Below are positions 16,904 through 26,728 of a stretch of DNA of 50,232 nt, one piece after another. The translations under genes were made by a program, and so were the position numbers. Location: positions 1 to 50,232 of the forward strand of contig CAZLGY010000002.1 in assembly GCA_964559165.1 (NCBI GenBank), given 5' to 3'. Each line of letters opens with the position of its first letter. Position 1 is the stretch's first letter. The notes beneath the pieces were generated by a model. The model searched no databases. It saw nothing but the letters and a program-made list of their open reading frames with translations, and was not told the DNA's origin. This stretch comes from an uncultured Chryseobacterium sp. GTDB lineage: Bacteria; Bacteroidota; Bacteroidia; Flavobacteriales_F; PHOS-HE28.

Positions 16904-17713
16904 TCAGGCGGGGTTCCGGGTGATGATGTTGACGAGGAACTTGCCTTCCACGTGCGAGCGCACGGTCGCTTTCCCTTTGAAGAGTTCGTTCATGTTCACC
17001 CCCTTGCCACGCCCGGCGATGACCATGGCCCCGTTCTCGGTCCTGAAGTTCCATTGATGCAGGCCCATGTAGCCCGCGGTCTCTGCAACGTTCATCTCAT
17101 GGCGCAGATAGAGTGAGCATCCCGGCCGCAGCAGGTCCATGATCAATTGGATCGCACGTACCGGGTCGTAGGCATGGTCAAGGCAGTTGTTCGCATGGAT
17201 CAGGTCGAAGCTCTCCGAACCGAACAGGGCGCCCAAGGTTTCCGCCTCACCCTTTTGCACCGGTACGGGAACCGGCACACGGTGCTTGCGGCAGAGTTCG
17301 GTATAGACCTCCGCCAGGGGATCGACGCAGACAAGGTCGATGCGTTTACCCTCCATGGTCTTGCCGACCCTTGTCAACGGTCCGCATCCAACGTCCAAAA
17401 TGCGGATAACGGGTTCGTTGATATGCGCCACCAGGTCCTTCAGTTCATCGCTGAGCGGGCTGCCAGGATCGCAACGGGTCCTGCCTTCCACGGTGGGGGG
17501 TGTTCCGTTCACAGGCGCATAGTTGCTGGCGATGAACCCCTCCCAGAAGGCGATCTCATCCGTGAGCCCTATCCGCCATTTCATTTTCTGGGGCAGCGGA
17601 AGGTATTTGCTGGCGAAGAGGAGGATCTTGTTCTGGATGCTGAGCATGTGTCCGAGGGTGACGCATGTCAAAAGTAGTGGGCGGCGGGGCTCGCACGCGC
17701 TGTCCGTGCACAT
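16904..17713 (-). CDS. Class I SAM-dependent methyltransferase
   Basis: Motif I ILDVGCGPLTRVG and post-I DLVCVDP, followed by FDLIHANNCLDH. ATG 17713 overlaps the GT2 stop by 1 nt (TGATG). An internal ATG at 17647 is an alternative start. Confidence 0.75.
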   Translation of the reverse strand: MCTDSACEPRRPLLLTCVTLGHMLSIQNKILLFASKYLPLPQKMKWRIGLTDEIAFWEGFIASNYAPVNGTPPTVEGRTRCDPGSPLSDELKDLVAHINEPVIRILDVGCGPLTRVGKTMEGKRIDLVCVDPLAEVYTELCRKHRVPVPVPVQKGEAETLGALFGSESFDLIHANNCLDHAYDPVRAIQLIMDLLRPGCSLYLRHEMNVAETAGYMGLHQWNFRTENGAMVIAGRGKGVNMNELFKGKATVRSHVEGKFLVNIITRNPA

Positions 17714-18564
17714 CAGCGTGGCACCGACCGCCCAAGGGGCAGGAGCGCCGTGCGCAGGGCATCCAGCAGCAGCCCTTTCTTGATATACGAGCGCACCATG
17801 ATGGAACGCATCCGTCGGCGCAGGTACAACAGTGCCGCCGCGCCTGCACCGATGGTGGCGGCATGGTCCAGCAGGTGCACGTATCCGCGATGCAGTCCGC
17901 GCAGGTCGCTCATGGCAGAGCTGTGGCCCACGCGGTAATGCAGCACCTGTTCGGGGGTGGTCGCATAGATACCCTGCCGCGCAATGGTCATGTAGAAGGC
18001 AAGGTCTTCCGCATGGGTGAAGTGCGCGGGCAAGCGCACCTCCCCGATGACCGAACGCCGGATCATCCAGGAGGGTCCGAAGAAAATGTCCTCATCCATG
18101 GCTATCAGGCGGTCGAACACGGCGCCCCGGTGGTCGGGGGCATGGATGGTCGTGAGCGTTCCCCCGGGTGGTTCCCATGCCATTACAACGCCATCCACGA
18201 ACTGCACCAGGGGGTCTGCGTCAAGGATACGGGCCCGTGCCTCAAGACTTCCGGGGGGCAACCTGTCATCGGCATCCAGGAAGGCCACATAATGGCCCCG
18301 GGCCTCATCGAGCCCCCGGTTGCGGGCACTGGAAACACCGCTGTTGGGCTGCTCCAACAGCCTGATGCGCGCATCCGCATAGCTGCGGGCGATCGCGGCC
18401 GTGTCGTCGCGACTTCCATCGTTGATGACGATCAACTCCCATTCCTGCCACGTTTGGTCCAGCACGGAATCAATGGCGCAGCGGATATAGGGTGCTGCGT
18501 TGAACGCTGGCATGATCACGGTGACCAGAGGCCGTTGATGCTGGAGGTGCGGTGTGTCGCTCAT
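17713..18564 (-). CDS. Glycosyltransferase family 2
   Basis: VTVIMPAFNAAPYIRCAIDSVLDQTWQEWELIVINDGSRDDT and the DXD motif FLDADD are classic GT2-A fold signatures. The start is set to ATG 18564 (ATGA overlap with the upstream gene), not the track start 18699. Confidence 0.85.
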   Translation of the reverse strand: MSDTPHLQHQRPLVTVIMPAFNAAPYIRCAIDSVLDQTWQEWELIVINDGSRDDTAAIARSYADARIRLLEQPNSGVSSARNRGLDEARGHYVAFLDADDRLPPGSLEARARILDADPLVQFVDGVVMAWEPPGGTLTTIHAPDHRGAVFDRLIAMDEDIFFGPSWMIRRSVIGEVRLPAHFTHAEDLAFYMTIARQGIYATTPEQVLHYRVGHSSAMSDLRGLHRGYVHLLDHAATIGAGAAALLYLRRRMRSIMVRSYIKKGLLLDALRTALLPLGRSVPR

Positions 18565-19961
18565 GCAAGGAGTGACTTGAGCCTGTCCTTCAAGGGCGGC
18601 AGGTCCTGTTCGCGCACACCGGTCCGTGATGCTGAGAGTTGCCGGATGAGCGGAGCGAGGCCCTCGGCATCTGCGGCGTAATGCAGTTGCCCAGAGCACA
18701 CAAGGTCGGGGTAGAGCGCGGGTGCACCGTGATCGAGGGCGATGGAAGGCACCCCGGCCAACGCAGCTTCCCGGATGACGGACGAGTAGGAAGTGACATG
18801 CACGGCGGCCGCGGCCAGCGCCTTTGCGATGGGGACCTCACCGGGCAGCTGGATCAACACCCGGTCTGCGATGTCATGGTCCTTTGCCCACGACCGGATG
18901 GTCTCGCCCGATCCCAATGCATTGGGATGCAACCTGAACGTCCATTGGAGCTCCGGGCTTTCCCGGATGGCCACTGCGAGGCTTGGGGGCACAGGTTCCT
19001 TGATCGGCTGCATGCTGAACAGCACCGTGGGTGGTCCGCTCACCGGTCGTTCGCGCAGGTGACGTTCCAGCCAGGGTGCACCACCGTTGAAAGCAAGGTG
19101 CGCAGGTGCCGGCAACCAGCTGTTCAGGTGGTCGGTGCTTGCGGCATCCCAGCACCAGAACGAATCCGGCAGTACGGAGCAACCGGACGCTTCCATCCCG
19201 TGCCATCGACCGTATGCAAGGTGCGTGGGCCCCTGGACACCGTGCTGCAGATCGGTGGTGGGGATGCCGCGCTGATGGCATTCGTGCAGGAGGGCCATGT
19301 TATCAACGCTGTACCAGCAGGTCACGAACACATGGCGCGGACGCATCCGGTCGAGGATCATGCCATGGAACTGCCGCAGGATACGGAGGTCCTGCAAGGC
19401 TACGGTGAGGCTGTTCACCAGGGCCGTGGGAAAGGACTTGGTGAGCGCCTCGTGGACAGGACCGCCGTGGAAGGAGGGTACATCCGGCGGAGGCTGCCTC
19501 CGCCAATGCCAGGCGGACACCAACTGGCGCGCTTCCCTTACGGACATGATGCGCGCGTTCGGGACCGATCGCCAGGGAAGCACCGGTGGTCCATCGATGC
19601 CTAGCAACAGGGAACTGTATCCGAGGTCCGCGGCCGCCTCCATCAATGGGTGGGCGAATTTGTCCACCGTTCGACCGCCTTCCTGTGCCTGGTAGGTCCG
19701 TGTTGTCAGGAACAGGAGATCCGCCTTCGGGGGAGCGGCGTACAACCGCGCAAGCTGGCCCATGGCGCGGAGCAGCGTTGAGCCATTGGATGCGGGTCTT
19801 CCTTCCTGTTCAGGCTTTGTGGCGGTGGGGTCGGCAAGTACACGCATGCCCAGCGCCACCCGTATCAGGGGCCAGATGGCGACACCCTTCTCACGCAGCT
19901 CGAATACGCGGTGGTCGCGTTCGATGCGCTGTAACCGTGATAGCACCTCATCCCGGTCCAT
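18561..19961 (-). CDS. Uncharacterised 466-aa protein; candidate GT-B-like nonulosonic acid (legionaminic acid) transferase
   Basis: No family is confidently recognised. The C-terminal half has an FRLHPNA (HP-type) motif, TSYSSVIREAALAGVPSIALD and DLQHG, reminiscent of sialyl/Kdo-transferase and capsule-synthesis (KpsS/KpsC-like) proteins. It is embedded between legF and GT2 with overlapping stop/start codons. ATG 19961 is preferred over GTG 19970. Confidence 0.55.
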   Translation of the reverse strand: MDRDEVLSRLQRIERDHRVFELREKGVAIWPLIRVALGMRVLADPTATKPEQEGRPASNGSTLLRAMGQLARLYAAPPKADLLFLTTRTYQAQEGGRTVDKFAHPLMEAAADLGYSSLLLGIDGPPVLPWRSVPNARIMSVREARQLVSAWHWRRQPPPDVPSFHGGPVHEALTKSFPTALVNSLTVALQDLRILRQFHGMILDRMRPRHVFVTCWYSVDNMALLHECHQRGIPTTDLQHGVQGPTHLAYGRWHGMEASGCSVLPDSFWCWDAASTDHLNSWLPAPAHLAFNGGAPWLERHLRERPVSGPPTVLFSMQPIKEPVPPSLAVAIRESPELQWTFRLHPNALGSGETIRSWAKDHDIADRVLIQLPGEVPIAKALAAAAVHVTSYSSVIREAALAGVPSIALDHGAPALYPDLVCSGQLHYAADAEGLAPLIRQLSASRTGVREQDLPPLKDRLKSLLA

Positions 19962-20764
19962 CAGGGCCACGTGCGTCTTTGTTCAGCGAGCACGCTTCGC
20001 ACCTCGGCGCCACGCCGGTCGAAGAACGCTTCAATGGCGGCCTTCATTTCCGCAGGCATGTCTCCCTGTTCGTGCATGGCATTGATGGCGTCGAGATCAC
20101 CATCGGCCCGCAGACTGGAGAGCACATCGCGCAGGTCAGGCATCCCCGGATGACGTTGGAACAGCGCGCGCATGAGCTCCAGGTCCTCCGGATAGTCCAC
20201 CGTCAGGCGCTTGTCAGGTCGCTGGAGTTCCCTCTCCGCTTCGATCCAGAGCGTATCGAAGAAGTCAGGACGGTTCAACCAGTAGCCCCAGAACCCGGTG
20301 TCGCGTTCCTCCTTTGTGGCCAGCACGGTCTCCAGCGCCGCCCTGCCGATGCCGTAGGGTGAGCAACCGATGGGCAGCCCCCTGTAGCGCACCAGGTCAC
20401 GTCCTTCCATGATGGAATCCCGGATCCTCAGGCAGTGATCGATCTGGAACAGCGGGTTCTCTCCCGTCTGGCCGACGAAGCCGCAGGCATTGCGCTCCCT
20501 CACCGGTCCTGCCAGCCGCAGCAGGATATCCTCGGGATCCCCACGATGCACGCCGATACCATGCCGTTCCGATACACGGACGAGCTCATCGTCCGAGGCC
20601 AGGTATGATGTGCATAGGATCACGTTGTCCGGTCCGAATGCGCGTGCCCCGCGCTCGATCACCTTGCCCACCACCTCGGTGCCGTCGAGCTCCCGCAACA
20701 GTTTCTTCGGAAGGCGCACGCTGCTCAGCCGCGCGGTGATCAGGAACGGGATGGAGGTGCTCAT
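19961..20764 (-). CDS. legF: Cytidylyltransferase (SpsF/NeuA-like); probable CMP-nonulosonate (CMP-legionaminic acid) synthetase
   Basis: PFLITARLSSVRLPKKLLRELDGTEVV matches the CTP_transf_3 / SpsF N-terminal motif. It is positioned at the end of the leg gene string. The start is ATG 20764 (MSTSIPF...). Confidence 0.7.
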   Translation of the reverse strand: MSTSIPFLITARLSSVRLPKKLLRELDGTEVVGKVIERGARAFGPDNVILCTSYLASDDELVRVSERHGIGVHRGDPEDILLRLAGPVRERNACGFVGQTGENPLFQIDHCLRIRDSIMEGRDLVRYRGLPIGCSPYGIGRAALETVLATKEERDTGFWGYWLNRPDFFDTLWIEAERELQRPDKRLTVDYPEDLELMRALFQRHPGMPDLRDVLSSLRADGDLDAINAMHEQGDMPAEMKAAIEAFFDRRGAEVRSVLAEQRRTWP

Positions 20765-20783
20765 GCGTCCGGATGGGCGTGGT

Positions 20784-21827
20784 TCACTTCTTGCCGGCCT
20801 GGGATGCCCTTTCCAGGTCGTCATGGCGGCCAATGTCGAACCAGAGGCCTACGATGGAATGATGGACGACCCTGCCGCCGGAGCGGATGATGTCCAGTAC
20901 CAGGTCGGTGGCGTTGTAGACCATCCCGGTCGGCACATGGTGCAGGGCGCGGTCATGGATCAGGTAGATGCCTGCGTTACAGGGGAACGCCACGGTCGGT
21001 TTCTCTGAGAGCGACACCACGCTGCCGTTGCTGATCTCCAGGACCGCATAGGGAATGTCGACGAGGTGGTCCGTGGATGCGATCACCAGGTCCGCATCCT
21101 GCTCCAGGGCCTTGGAGAGCATGGCCTCCACATCCACATCCGTAAGCAGGTCGCCGTTGAGCAGGAGGGTATATCCTGACCCACCTTCGGCAGGACCGAT
21201 GGATGCAAGGCTGCCGGCGGTGCCGAGCGGTTGTTGCTCTTCCACGTAATGGATGCGGAGCCCCCGGTCCTGACCATCCCCCAGATGGGCCATGATCTGC
21301 TCCTTGAGATGGTTCACGGCGATGTGGATCACCTCCACACCGTGCCTGTCCAACAGTTCGAGCACGTGGTCGATGATCGGCCTGCCATGCACCGGCACCA
21401 ATGGCTTGGGGACGTTCTCCGTAAGGGGCAGTAGACGCCTTCCCTTGCCGCCTGCCATGATCATCGCCCGGATGGGGAGGATGCTGCGTTGTGGACGGAC
21501 ATCCACCACACGGGTAAGCCGGCCTTCGCCATCAACCATGGGCAGGGACCGGATGCCACGCTCTTGAAGGGAGCGCACCATGCCGGGCCATCCGTGGCCC
21601 TCCTGGAGCAGGAAGGGAGCCGGGTTCATGCAGCGTTCCACGGTGTCATCGAGGTGGGCGCCGGCCAGCATGGCACGCCGCAGGTCACCATCGGTGATGG
21701 TGCCGACCGGCCTTCCGGCTTCGTCGAGCACGCAGGCGATGAGGTCACCCCCCCGCCTGTTCAGTGCGGTGAACGCATCACGCAGGGTGGCTTCCCTGCC
21801 GAGGGTCCGGTGGTCGATCGATCTCAT
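20784..21827 (-). CDS. ptmE: CBS-domain sugar-phosphate nucleotidyltransferase (PtmE-like GlcN-1-P guanylyltransferase)
   Basis: An N-terminal CBS pair (VGTITDGDLRRAML..., LPMVDGEGRLTRVV) is followed by the NTP-transferase motif MIMAGGKGRRLLPLTENVPKPLVPV. This architecture matches the PtmE enzyme of the Campylobacter GDP-linked legionaminic acid pathway. Confidence 0.75.
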   Translation of the reverse strand: MRSIDHRTLGREATLRDAFTALNRRGGDLIACVLDEAGRPVGTITDGDLRRAMLAGAHLDDTVERCMNPAPFLLQEGHGWPGMVRSLQERGIRSLPMVDGEGRLTRVVDVRPQRSILPIRAMIMAGGKGRRLLPLTENVPKPLVPVHGRPIIDHVLELLDRHGVEVIHIAVNHLKEQIMAHLGDGQDRGLRIHYVEEQQPLGTAGSLASIGPAEGGSGYTLLLNGDLLTDVDVEAMLSKALEQDADLVIASTDHLVDIPYAVLEISNGSVVSLSEKPTVAFPCNAGIYLIHDRALHHVPTGMVYNATDLVLDIIRSGGRVVHHSIVGLWFDIGRHDDLERASQAGKK

Positions 21828-22927
21828 CAGGATGTCCGTAGGTGCGCGATCATCCGCTCGGCGGCGTGGCCATCACCGTAGGGATGCCCGGAAAGGACCA
21901 TCGGCTCATTGAGCGCCTGTTGCACGGCCTGCATGATGGGGTCCCGTTGGAAGGGGGTGCGGATGATGTTGGGGGTGACGATCCGTCCGGCCTGTCGGTC
22001 CCCGATATCGATGACGCGCTTGTTGAAGAAGGATGCCTCCACGTAGCCGCTTGAACTGTTGCCGAGCATGAAGGTGCACAGGTTCACGCAGGAAAGGTAA
22101 CCCAGCGCCCCAAGGGAATCCACCGCATGCATTTCCGTGAGTGTCCGGCCCAGCCCCCGTATCCGTTCCCGCAGGGTGTTCCCTCCGGTGTCGGCGTTGG
22201 GAAGGGTCACGAGCACCTGCAGGGTCCCTGCCAGCTCACGCAGCACGGTGTGCAACACCTCCCAATGCAGGTCGGCATCGTGTGTGTTCACCGTTTCGGG
22301 ATGGACGGTCACAAGCGCTGTTGGCCGGGAGAGGTCGATGCCGAAACGCTCGTTGAAACCGGTGGCATCCAGCAGGTGCATGGTCCTGATGTTGTCGACG
22401 CTCAATGCGCCGGTATTGAACACCCCGGCATCGCTTCCTGTCAGTTGAACGACCCGCTGCCGATAGGGCTCTGCTGCCGTGAAATGCAGTTGGGCCATGT
22501 GGGTGAGGCTGTGCCTGAAGGCATTGTCGATGGCGCCCAACGTGGTCTCACCGCCGTGCAGGTGGGCGACGCGGATGCCGAAAGGCAGGGCTGCGGCCAC
22601 GGCGGCGAACATCTCATAGCGGTCTCCGAGGGCCACGATCGTGTCCACGGGATGGTCCACCCAGATACCGGCGAACTGCTCCATGGTGCGCCCCATCGCG
22701 GAGCTGATGCCGGCTGCGTCATCCACTTCCAAAGCCGGCGGAAGCACCCTTGCGGGGCTGAACCCCTGTGCGATGATCTCATCCAATGTATACCCGTAGC
22801 GCCGGTCAGCATGACTGCCGAAGGCGATCAGCGACAGGCGTATCTGCGGATCGGCCTCCAGCGCCCGCAGCAGCGGAAGTTGGATGCCGAAGTCTGCACG
22901 GCTGCTGGTGAGGACGGTGATGTTCAT
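21827..22927 (-). CDS. legG: Hydrolysing NDP-2,4-diacetamido-sugar / UDP-GlcNAc 2-epimerase (NeuC/LegG family)
   Basis: MNITVLTSSRADFGIQLPLLRAL and VAHLHGGETTLGAIDNAFRHSLTHMAQLHF are NeuC-family blocks. It has a 1-nt overlap with ptmE and an ATGA overlap with legI. Confidence 0.85.
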   Translation of the reverse strand: MNITVLTSSRADFGIQLPLLRALEADPQIRLSLIAFGSHADRRYGYTLDEIIAQGFSPARVLPPALEVDDAAGISSAMGRTMEQFAGIWVDHPVDTIVALGDRYEMFAAVAAALPFGIRVAHLHGGETTLGAIDNAFRHSLTHMAQLHFTAAEPYRQRVVQLTGSDAGVFNTGALSVDNIRTMHLLDATGFNERFGIDLSRPTALVTVHPETVNTHDADLHWEVLHTVLRELAGTLQVLVTLPNADTGGNTLRERIRGLGRTLTEMHAVDSLGALGYLSCVNLCTFMLGNSSSGYVEASFFNKRVIDIGDRQAGRIVTPNIIRTPFQRDPIMQAVQQALNEPMVLSGHPYGDGHAAERMIAHLRTS

Positions 22928-23946
22928 GCCAGGTCGGTCCAGGCGAGTTTGTGTCCGGTGGGCAGCATGCGGGCTGTCCGCATGCCCACCACCTCGTCCA
23001 TGCGCATCGGGCTGATGCCATCGCCCGGCCGCAGCATCACCAGGTCCTGTTCGGTGATCGTGGCTCCAGCGGCCAGCGGTGATGCCAGGTGGATGCTCTT
23101 GCGGGCGATCGGTATGTTGGGGGTCTCGCTCCTGGAGGGTGCCTTGACGCCATTGCCCATGGCATCGCCGACGTTGCGAATGGCGCGCACCATGGCACCG
23201 AGCTCGGCCGGTTCAAGGGAGGCGCGGTGGTCCGGCCCGGGCAGCGAACGGTCCAGGGTGAAGTGCTTTTCTATGACCGTTGCGCCGAGAGCGGTTGCAG
23301 CAATGGGCACCTCGATCCCCAAGGTATGGTCGCTGTAGCCCACGGCCGTGCCGAAGGTGGTTCCCAGGGTCAGCATGGCCCGCAGGTTCACATCCTCGTA
23401 GGGGGTGGGGTATTCGGTATTGCAGTGCAACAGGGTGATCCGTGCCCGGTCGGCTCCTGCTGCGAGCATCACCTCGAGCGCATTGCCCACTTCCTCCATC
23501 GTACACATGCCGGTGCTCACGATGAGATCCGGGAACGTGCGGGCCATGCGCTGGAGGTGGGGCTTGTTGGTGATCTCCCCGCTGGGCACTTTCCCCAAGG
23601 TGATCCCGAGTTCCCGCAGCAGCCCGATACTCGGTGTGTCGAACGGCGTTGAGAGGAACCCGATGCCACAGCGTGCGGCATGGTCCATCATGGCGCGGTG
23701 GTGGGCATCCGAAAGTTCGAGCCGTGCGATCATGTCAAGCTGACCTTCAACGGTGCCCGTGTTGCGTTGCTGATAGCGGGCTTGCGGCGCATGCGCCGAT
23801 GCGATGAGCGCGCTCCGGAAGGTCTGGAACTTCACCAGGTCTGCACCTGCTTCAGCGGCAACCTCGATGAGCCGCATGGCCATGTGGAGGTCACCGTTGT
23901 GGTTCACACCGGCCTCTGCGATGATCGTGGTCCGTGCGGTCATCAT
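22924..23946 (-). CDS. legI: N-acylneuraminate-type nonulosonic acid synthase (NeuB/LegI family) with C-terminal SAF domain
   Basis: IIAEAGVNHNGDLHMAMRLIEVAAEAGADLVKFQTF is the NeuB signature. The C-terminal SAF-like region is ARKSIHLASPLAAGATITEQDLVMLRPGDGISP. Confidence 0.9.
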   Translation of the reverse strand: MMTARTTIIAEAGVNHNGDLHMAMRLIEVAAEAGADLVKFQTFRSALIASAHAPQARYQQRNTGTVEGQLDMIARLELSDAHHRAMMDHAARCGIGFLSTPFDTPSIGLLRELGITLGKVPSGEITNKPHLQRMARTFPDLIVSTGMCTMEEVGNALEVMLAAGADRARITLLHCNTEYPTPYEDVNLRAMLTLGTTFGTAVGYSDHTLGIEVPIAATALGATVIEKHFTLDRSLPGPDHRASLEPAELGAMVRAIRNVGDAMGNGVKAPSRSETPNIPIARKSIHLASPLAAGATITEQDLVMLRPGDGISPMRMDEVVGMRTARMLPTGHKLAWTDLA

Positions 23947-24581
23947 TCCTTGCTGCGTGCCGGGATCCCAACCACGGTGGTGCCGCTCCGTACATTCCTC
24001 GTCACCACGGCACCCGCACCTACGATGCAGGCGTCACCGATCACCACACCTTGGAGCAGGACCGCACCGCTCCCGATCAAGGTGCCTTCGCCGATGGTGC
24101 ATCCACCATTGATCACGGCACCCGTGGATACATGGCAATGTGCCGCCACACGGGCGTCGTGCTCGATCACTGCTCCGGTGTTGACGATGGCGTTGGGGCC
24201 TATGCTGGCACAGGTGTTCACCACCGCCATGTGGCCGATGAAGCAACCTGGCTCCACCAGTGCACCCGTTGCGATGCGCGCGGTGGGAGAGATCACCGTG
24301 ACCAGTTCTCCTCCGGCTGCGGTGACCAATGACGCAAGGCGCGTACGCAGGGTCGCGTCACCCACGTGGCCCGCGGTGATCAGGAAGCGATGGCCGCTGG
24401 CCGCAAGGCCGGCGATCAGCTCATCACCTCCCAGTACCGGCACGCCAGGAACACCGGCCATATTTCCGCCGGGTCTGTCAAGCACCCCTGCAAGTTGCCA
24501 ACGGCCCTCCATCGTGATGACATCCACCACCGATCGGCAATGGCCGCCGCCACCAACAAGGATCAACCTAGTGGCGCTCAT
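23943..24581 (-). CDS. legH: Hexapeptide-repeat sugar N-acetyltransferase (NeuD/PglD/LegH family)
   Basis: An N-terminal Rossmann-like RLILVGGGGHCRSVVDVI is followed by left-handed beta-helix repeats (IGPNAIVNTGAVIEHDARVAAHCHVSTGAVINGGCTIGEGTLIGSGAVL). ATG 24581 is used; the track start 24599 is GTG. Confidence 0.85.
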   Translation of the reverse strand: MSATRLILVGGGGHCRSVVDVITMEGRWQLAGVLDRPGGNMAGVPGVPVLGGDELIAGLAASGHRFLITAGHVGDATLRTRLASLVTAAGGELVTVISPTARIATGALVEPGCFIGHMAVVNTCASIGPNAIVNTGAVIEHDARVAAHCHVSTGAVINGGCTIGEGTLIGSGAVLLQGVVIGDACIVGAGAVVTRNVRSGTTVVGIPARSKE

Positions 24582-25728
24582 GTCCGGGAGGGTTTGCACT
24601 ACTGGGGAGGTTCACCAGCCGATGCTGTACATCACGTGATACGCGGAGACCATCGGAGACGGCATGGGCATACATCGGTTGGTCGGCACCGATCCCCCAT
24701 GCCGGTCGCACCTGAATGCCGCACTCTGTGGCAGCCTTCAGGAACGCGTCCCGTTCCGAGCGATCATGGAAGAGCACCGCGTTCAACCAATGGTTCGGAG
24801 CTGTATCGGAAGGGGCTGTGAACAGCTGCCAGGGTGTCCGTGCGAACAGTGCGAGGTAGCTGCTGTGCAGGGCGCGCTTGACGGCAAGGTTGTGCGGGAG
24901 CTTCCGTAGCTGTGATCGTCCCAGTGCCGCATTCAGTGCGGGCATCCGATAGTTGTAACCGATGCGGTCATGGTCAAAGGCCCACGGATGAGGCAGTTTG
25001 GCCTGTGTGGTCAGGTGGCGGGCGGCACGCGCATGTTCCTCCTCCCGGATCAGCAGCGCTCCGCCACCCCCGCACGTGATGATCTTGTTGCCATTGAAGC
25101 TGAGCGTACCCACCGGGGCGAACGTGCCCGCGTGCTTCCCATCGCGCTGTGACCCCAAAGCCTCGGCCGCATCCTCTATGAGTGCGATGCCCCGTTCCGA
25201 ACAAATGGAACGGAGGGCGTTGATGTGCATCACATGGCCGAAAGTGTGCATGGGGATGCAGGCCCTGACCCGTTTGCCGGTGCCGCGGTGCATGGCGATG
25301 CCGCCCTTCACGTCGCACTCGCTCTCCAGCCAGCGTTGCACAGCGATCGGGGACAGGCCGAGCGTGTCCGCGTCGATGTCCAGGAAGACCGGCTCGGCAC
25401 CGGTGTACGCGATGGCGTTACAGGTGGCGATGAACGTGAACGCCTGGGTGATCACCAGGTCACCCGGTCCCACATCGTTCAGTAGCAGGGCCACATGGAG
25501 TGCGGCCGTGCCGTTCACGACAGCCACCACATGGGGCGACCCGGTGAACTCGCAGAGCTCCTGCTCGAATGCGTTGATATCAGCGCCCACCGATGAGACG
25601 AAGGTGGAGCGCACACAGGCAGCCACGGCCTCCTCATCAGCGCTGTCGAACCAGGGCGCATGCAGGGGTATGGTGCCCGTGGTCTCACTGAACAGCGATC
25701 GGATGCCGGCTACCAGTTCGTCAAACAT
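24568..25728 (-). CDS. legC: DegT/DnrJ/EryC1-type PLP aminotransferase (LegC-like)
   Basis: IPLHAPWF...FVSSVGADINAFEQELCEFTG...VVNGTAALH and the catalytic Lys context SFNGNKIITCGGGGALL fit the family. Confidence 0.85.
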   Translation of the reverse strand: MFDELVAGIRSLFSETTGTIPLHAPWFDSADEEAVAACVRSTFVSSVGADINAFEQELCEFTGSPHVVAVVNGTAALHVALLLNDVGPGDLVITQAFTFIATCNAIAYTGAEPVFLDIDADTLGLSPIAVQRWLESECDVKGGIAMHRGTGKRVRACIPMHTFGHVMHINALRSICSERGIALIEDAAEALGSQRDGKHAGTFAPVGTLSFNGNKIITCGGGGALLIREEEHARAARHLTTQAKLPHPWAFDHDRIGYNYRMPALNAALGRSQLRKLPHNLAVKRALHSSYLALFARTPWQLFTAPSDTAPNHWLNAVLFHDRSERDAFLKAATECGIQVRPAWGIGADQPMYAHAVSDGLRVSRDVQHRLVNLPSSANPPGHERH

Positions 25729-26710
25729 TATAGAGGTGCCATTTATATCCAGACCGGTTCATCGGATCCATGAACCACTCGATGGTGGAGCGCAGCCCCG
25801 AGCGCAGGTCGTGCTGCGGCTGCCAGCCTGTGGCCCGGTGCAATTTCGCCGCGCTGCCGAGCAACCGCTCCACTTCGCTTGCCGCAGGCCGGGTACGTTC
25901 ATCGCTGCTGACGATGGCGGCTTCCGTGCCGGTCAGTTCCATCAGCAGCCGTGCGAGGTCACCCACACCGATCTCAGTACCGGTGGCGATGTTCACCTCC
26001 TGGCCGATGAGGTCCCTGCATGCGGCGATGGCTGCGAAGGCGGCTGTCGTATCGGATACGTGCACCAGGTCGCGCGTGGGATGCAGCGACCCGAGCCTGA
26101 GCGTTCGGGCACCGGCAAGCAACTGGGTGATGATCGTTGGTATCACCGCTCTGGCGCTCTGCCGGGGTCCGTAGGTGTTGAACGGTCGAACCACGGTCAC
26201 TGGCGTGCCGAAGCTCATGTGGTACGATAGGGCGAGATGGTCCGCACCGATCTTGGAAGCCGAGTACGGGGACTGCCCCTGGCGCGGATGCTCCTCCGTG
26301 ATGGGGACCTGGCGGGCCGTTCCGTACACCTCGCTGGTCGAAGTGATCAGCACGCGTTCAATGCTGAGCGCCCGGGCGGCCTGCAGCACGTTCAGTGTGC
26401 CCTTGATGTTGGTGTCCACATAACTGTCGGGAGCGAGATAGCTGTAGGGGATGCCGATGAGTGCGGCGAGGTGGAACACCTGGTCGATATCGGTGCAGGC
26501 GGTCATCACGCAATGGGGGTCACGGATGTCGCCGGCAACGACCTCAAGTCCGGGCTTCAGCTCATCCGGCAACCGGTCCAGCCAGCCCCAGCTGTTGGTT
26601 GAGTTGTAGCGGACCAAGGCTCTCACCCGGAGGCCCTGCAGGAGCAGCTTCTCAACGAGGTGACTTCCAATGAAGCCCGCAGCACCGGTTACAAGAACAC
26701 GTTCTGACAT
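25721..26710 (-). CDS. legB: NAD-dependent NDP-GlcNAc 4,6-dehydratase (LegB-like SDR)
   Basis: VLVTGAAGFIGSHLVEKLL (GxxGxxG), RYNSTNSWGWLD and a YxxxK site (SPYSASKIGADHL). It is the first pathway gene after the exporter genes. Confidence 0.85.
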   Translation of the reverse strand: MSERVLVTGAAGFIGSHLVEKLLLQGLRVRALVRYNSTNSWGWLDRLPDELKPGLEVVAGDIRDPHCVMTACTDIDQVFHLAALIGIPYSYLAPDSYVDTNIKGTLNVLQAARALSIERVLITSTSEVYGTARQVPITEEHPRQGQSPYSASKIGADHLALSYHMSFGTPVTVVRPFNTYGPRQSARAVIPTIITQLLAGARTLRLGSLHPTRDLVHVSDTTAAFAAIAACRDLIGQEVNIATGTEIGVGDLARLLMELTGTEAAIVSSDERTRPAASEVERLLGSAAKLHRATGWQPQHDLRSGLRSTIEWFMDPMNRSGYKWHLYNV

Positions 26711-26728
26711 GCCCCAAATGTAGGACCG

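Noticed and set aside
22127-23338. 403-aa plus-strand ORF. Similar ORFs occur at 24998..26230, 26786..28027, 17665..18681, 18639..19604 and 41888..42946.
   Set aside because: All lie antisense to motif-supported leg, wzt, GT2 or men genes and are GC-driven open frames.
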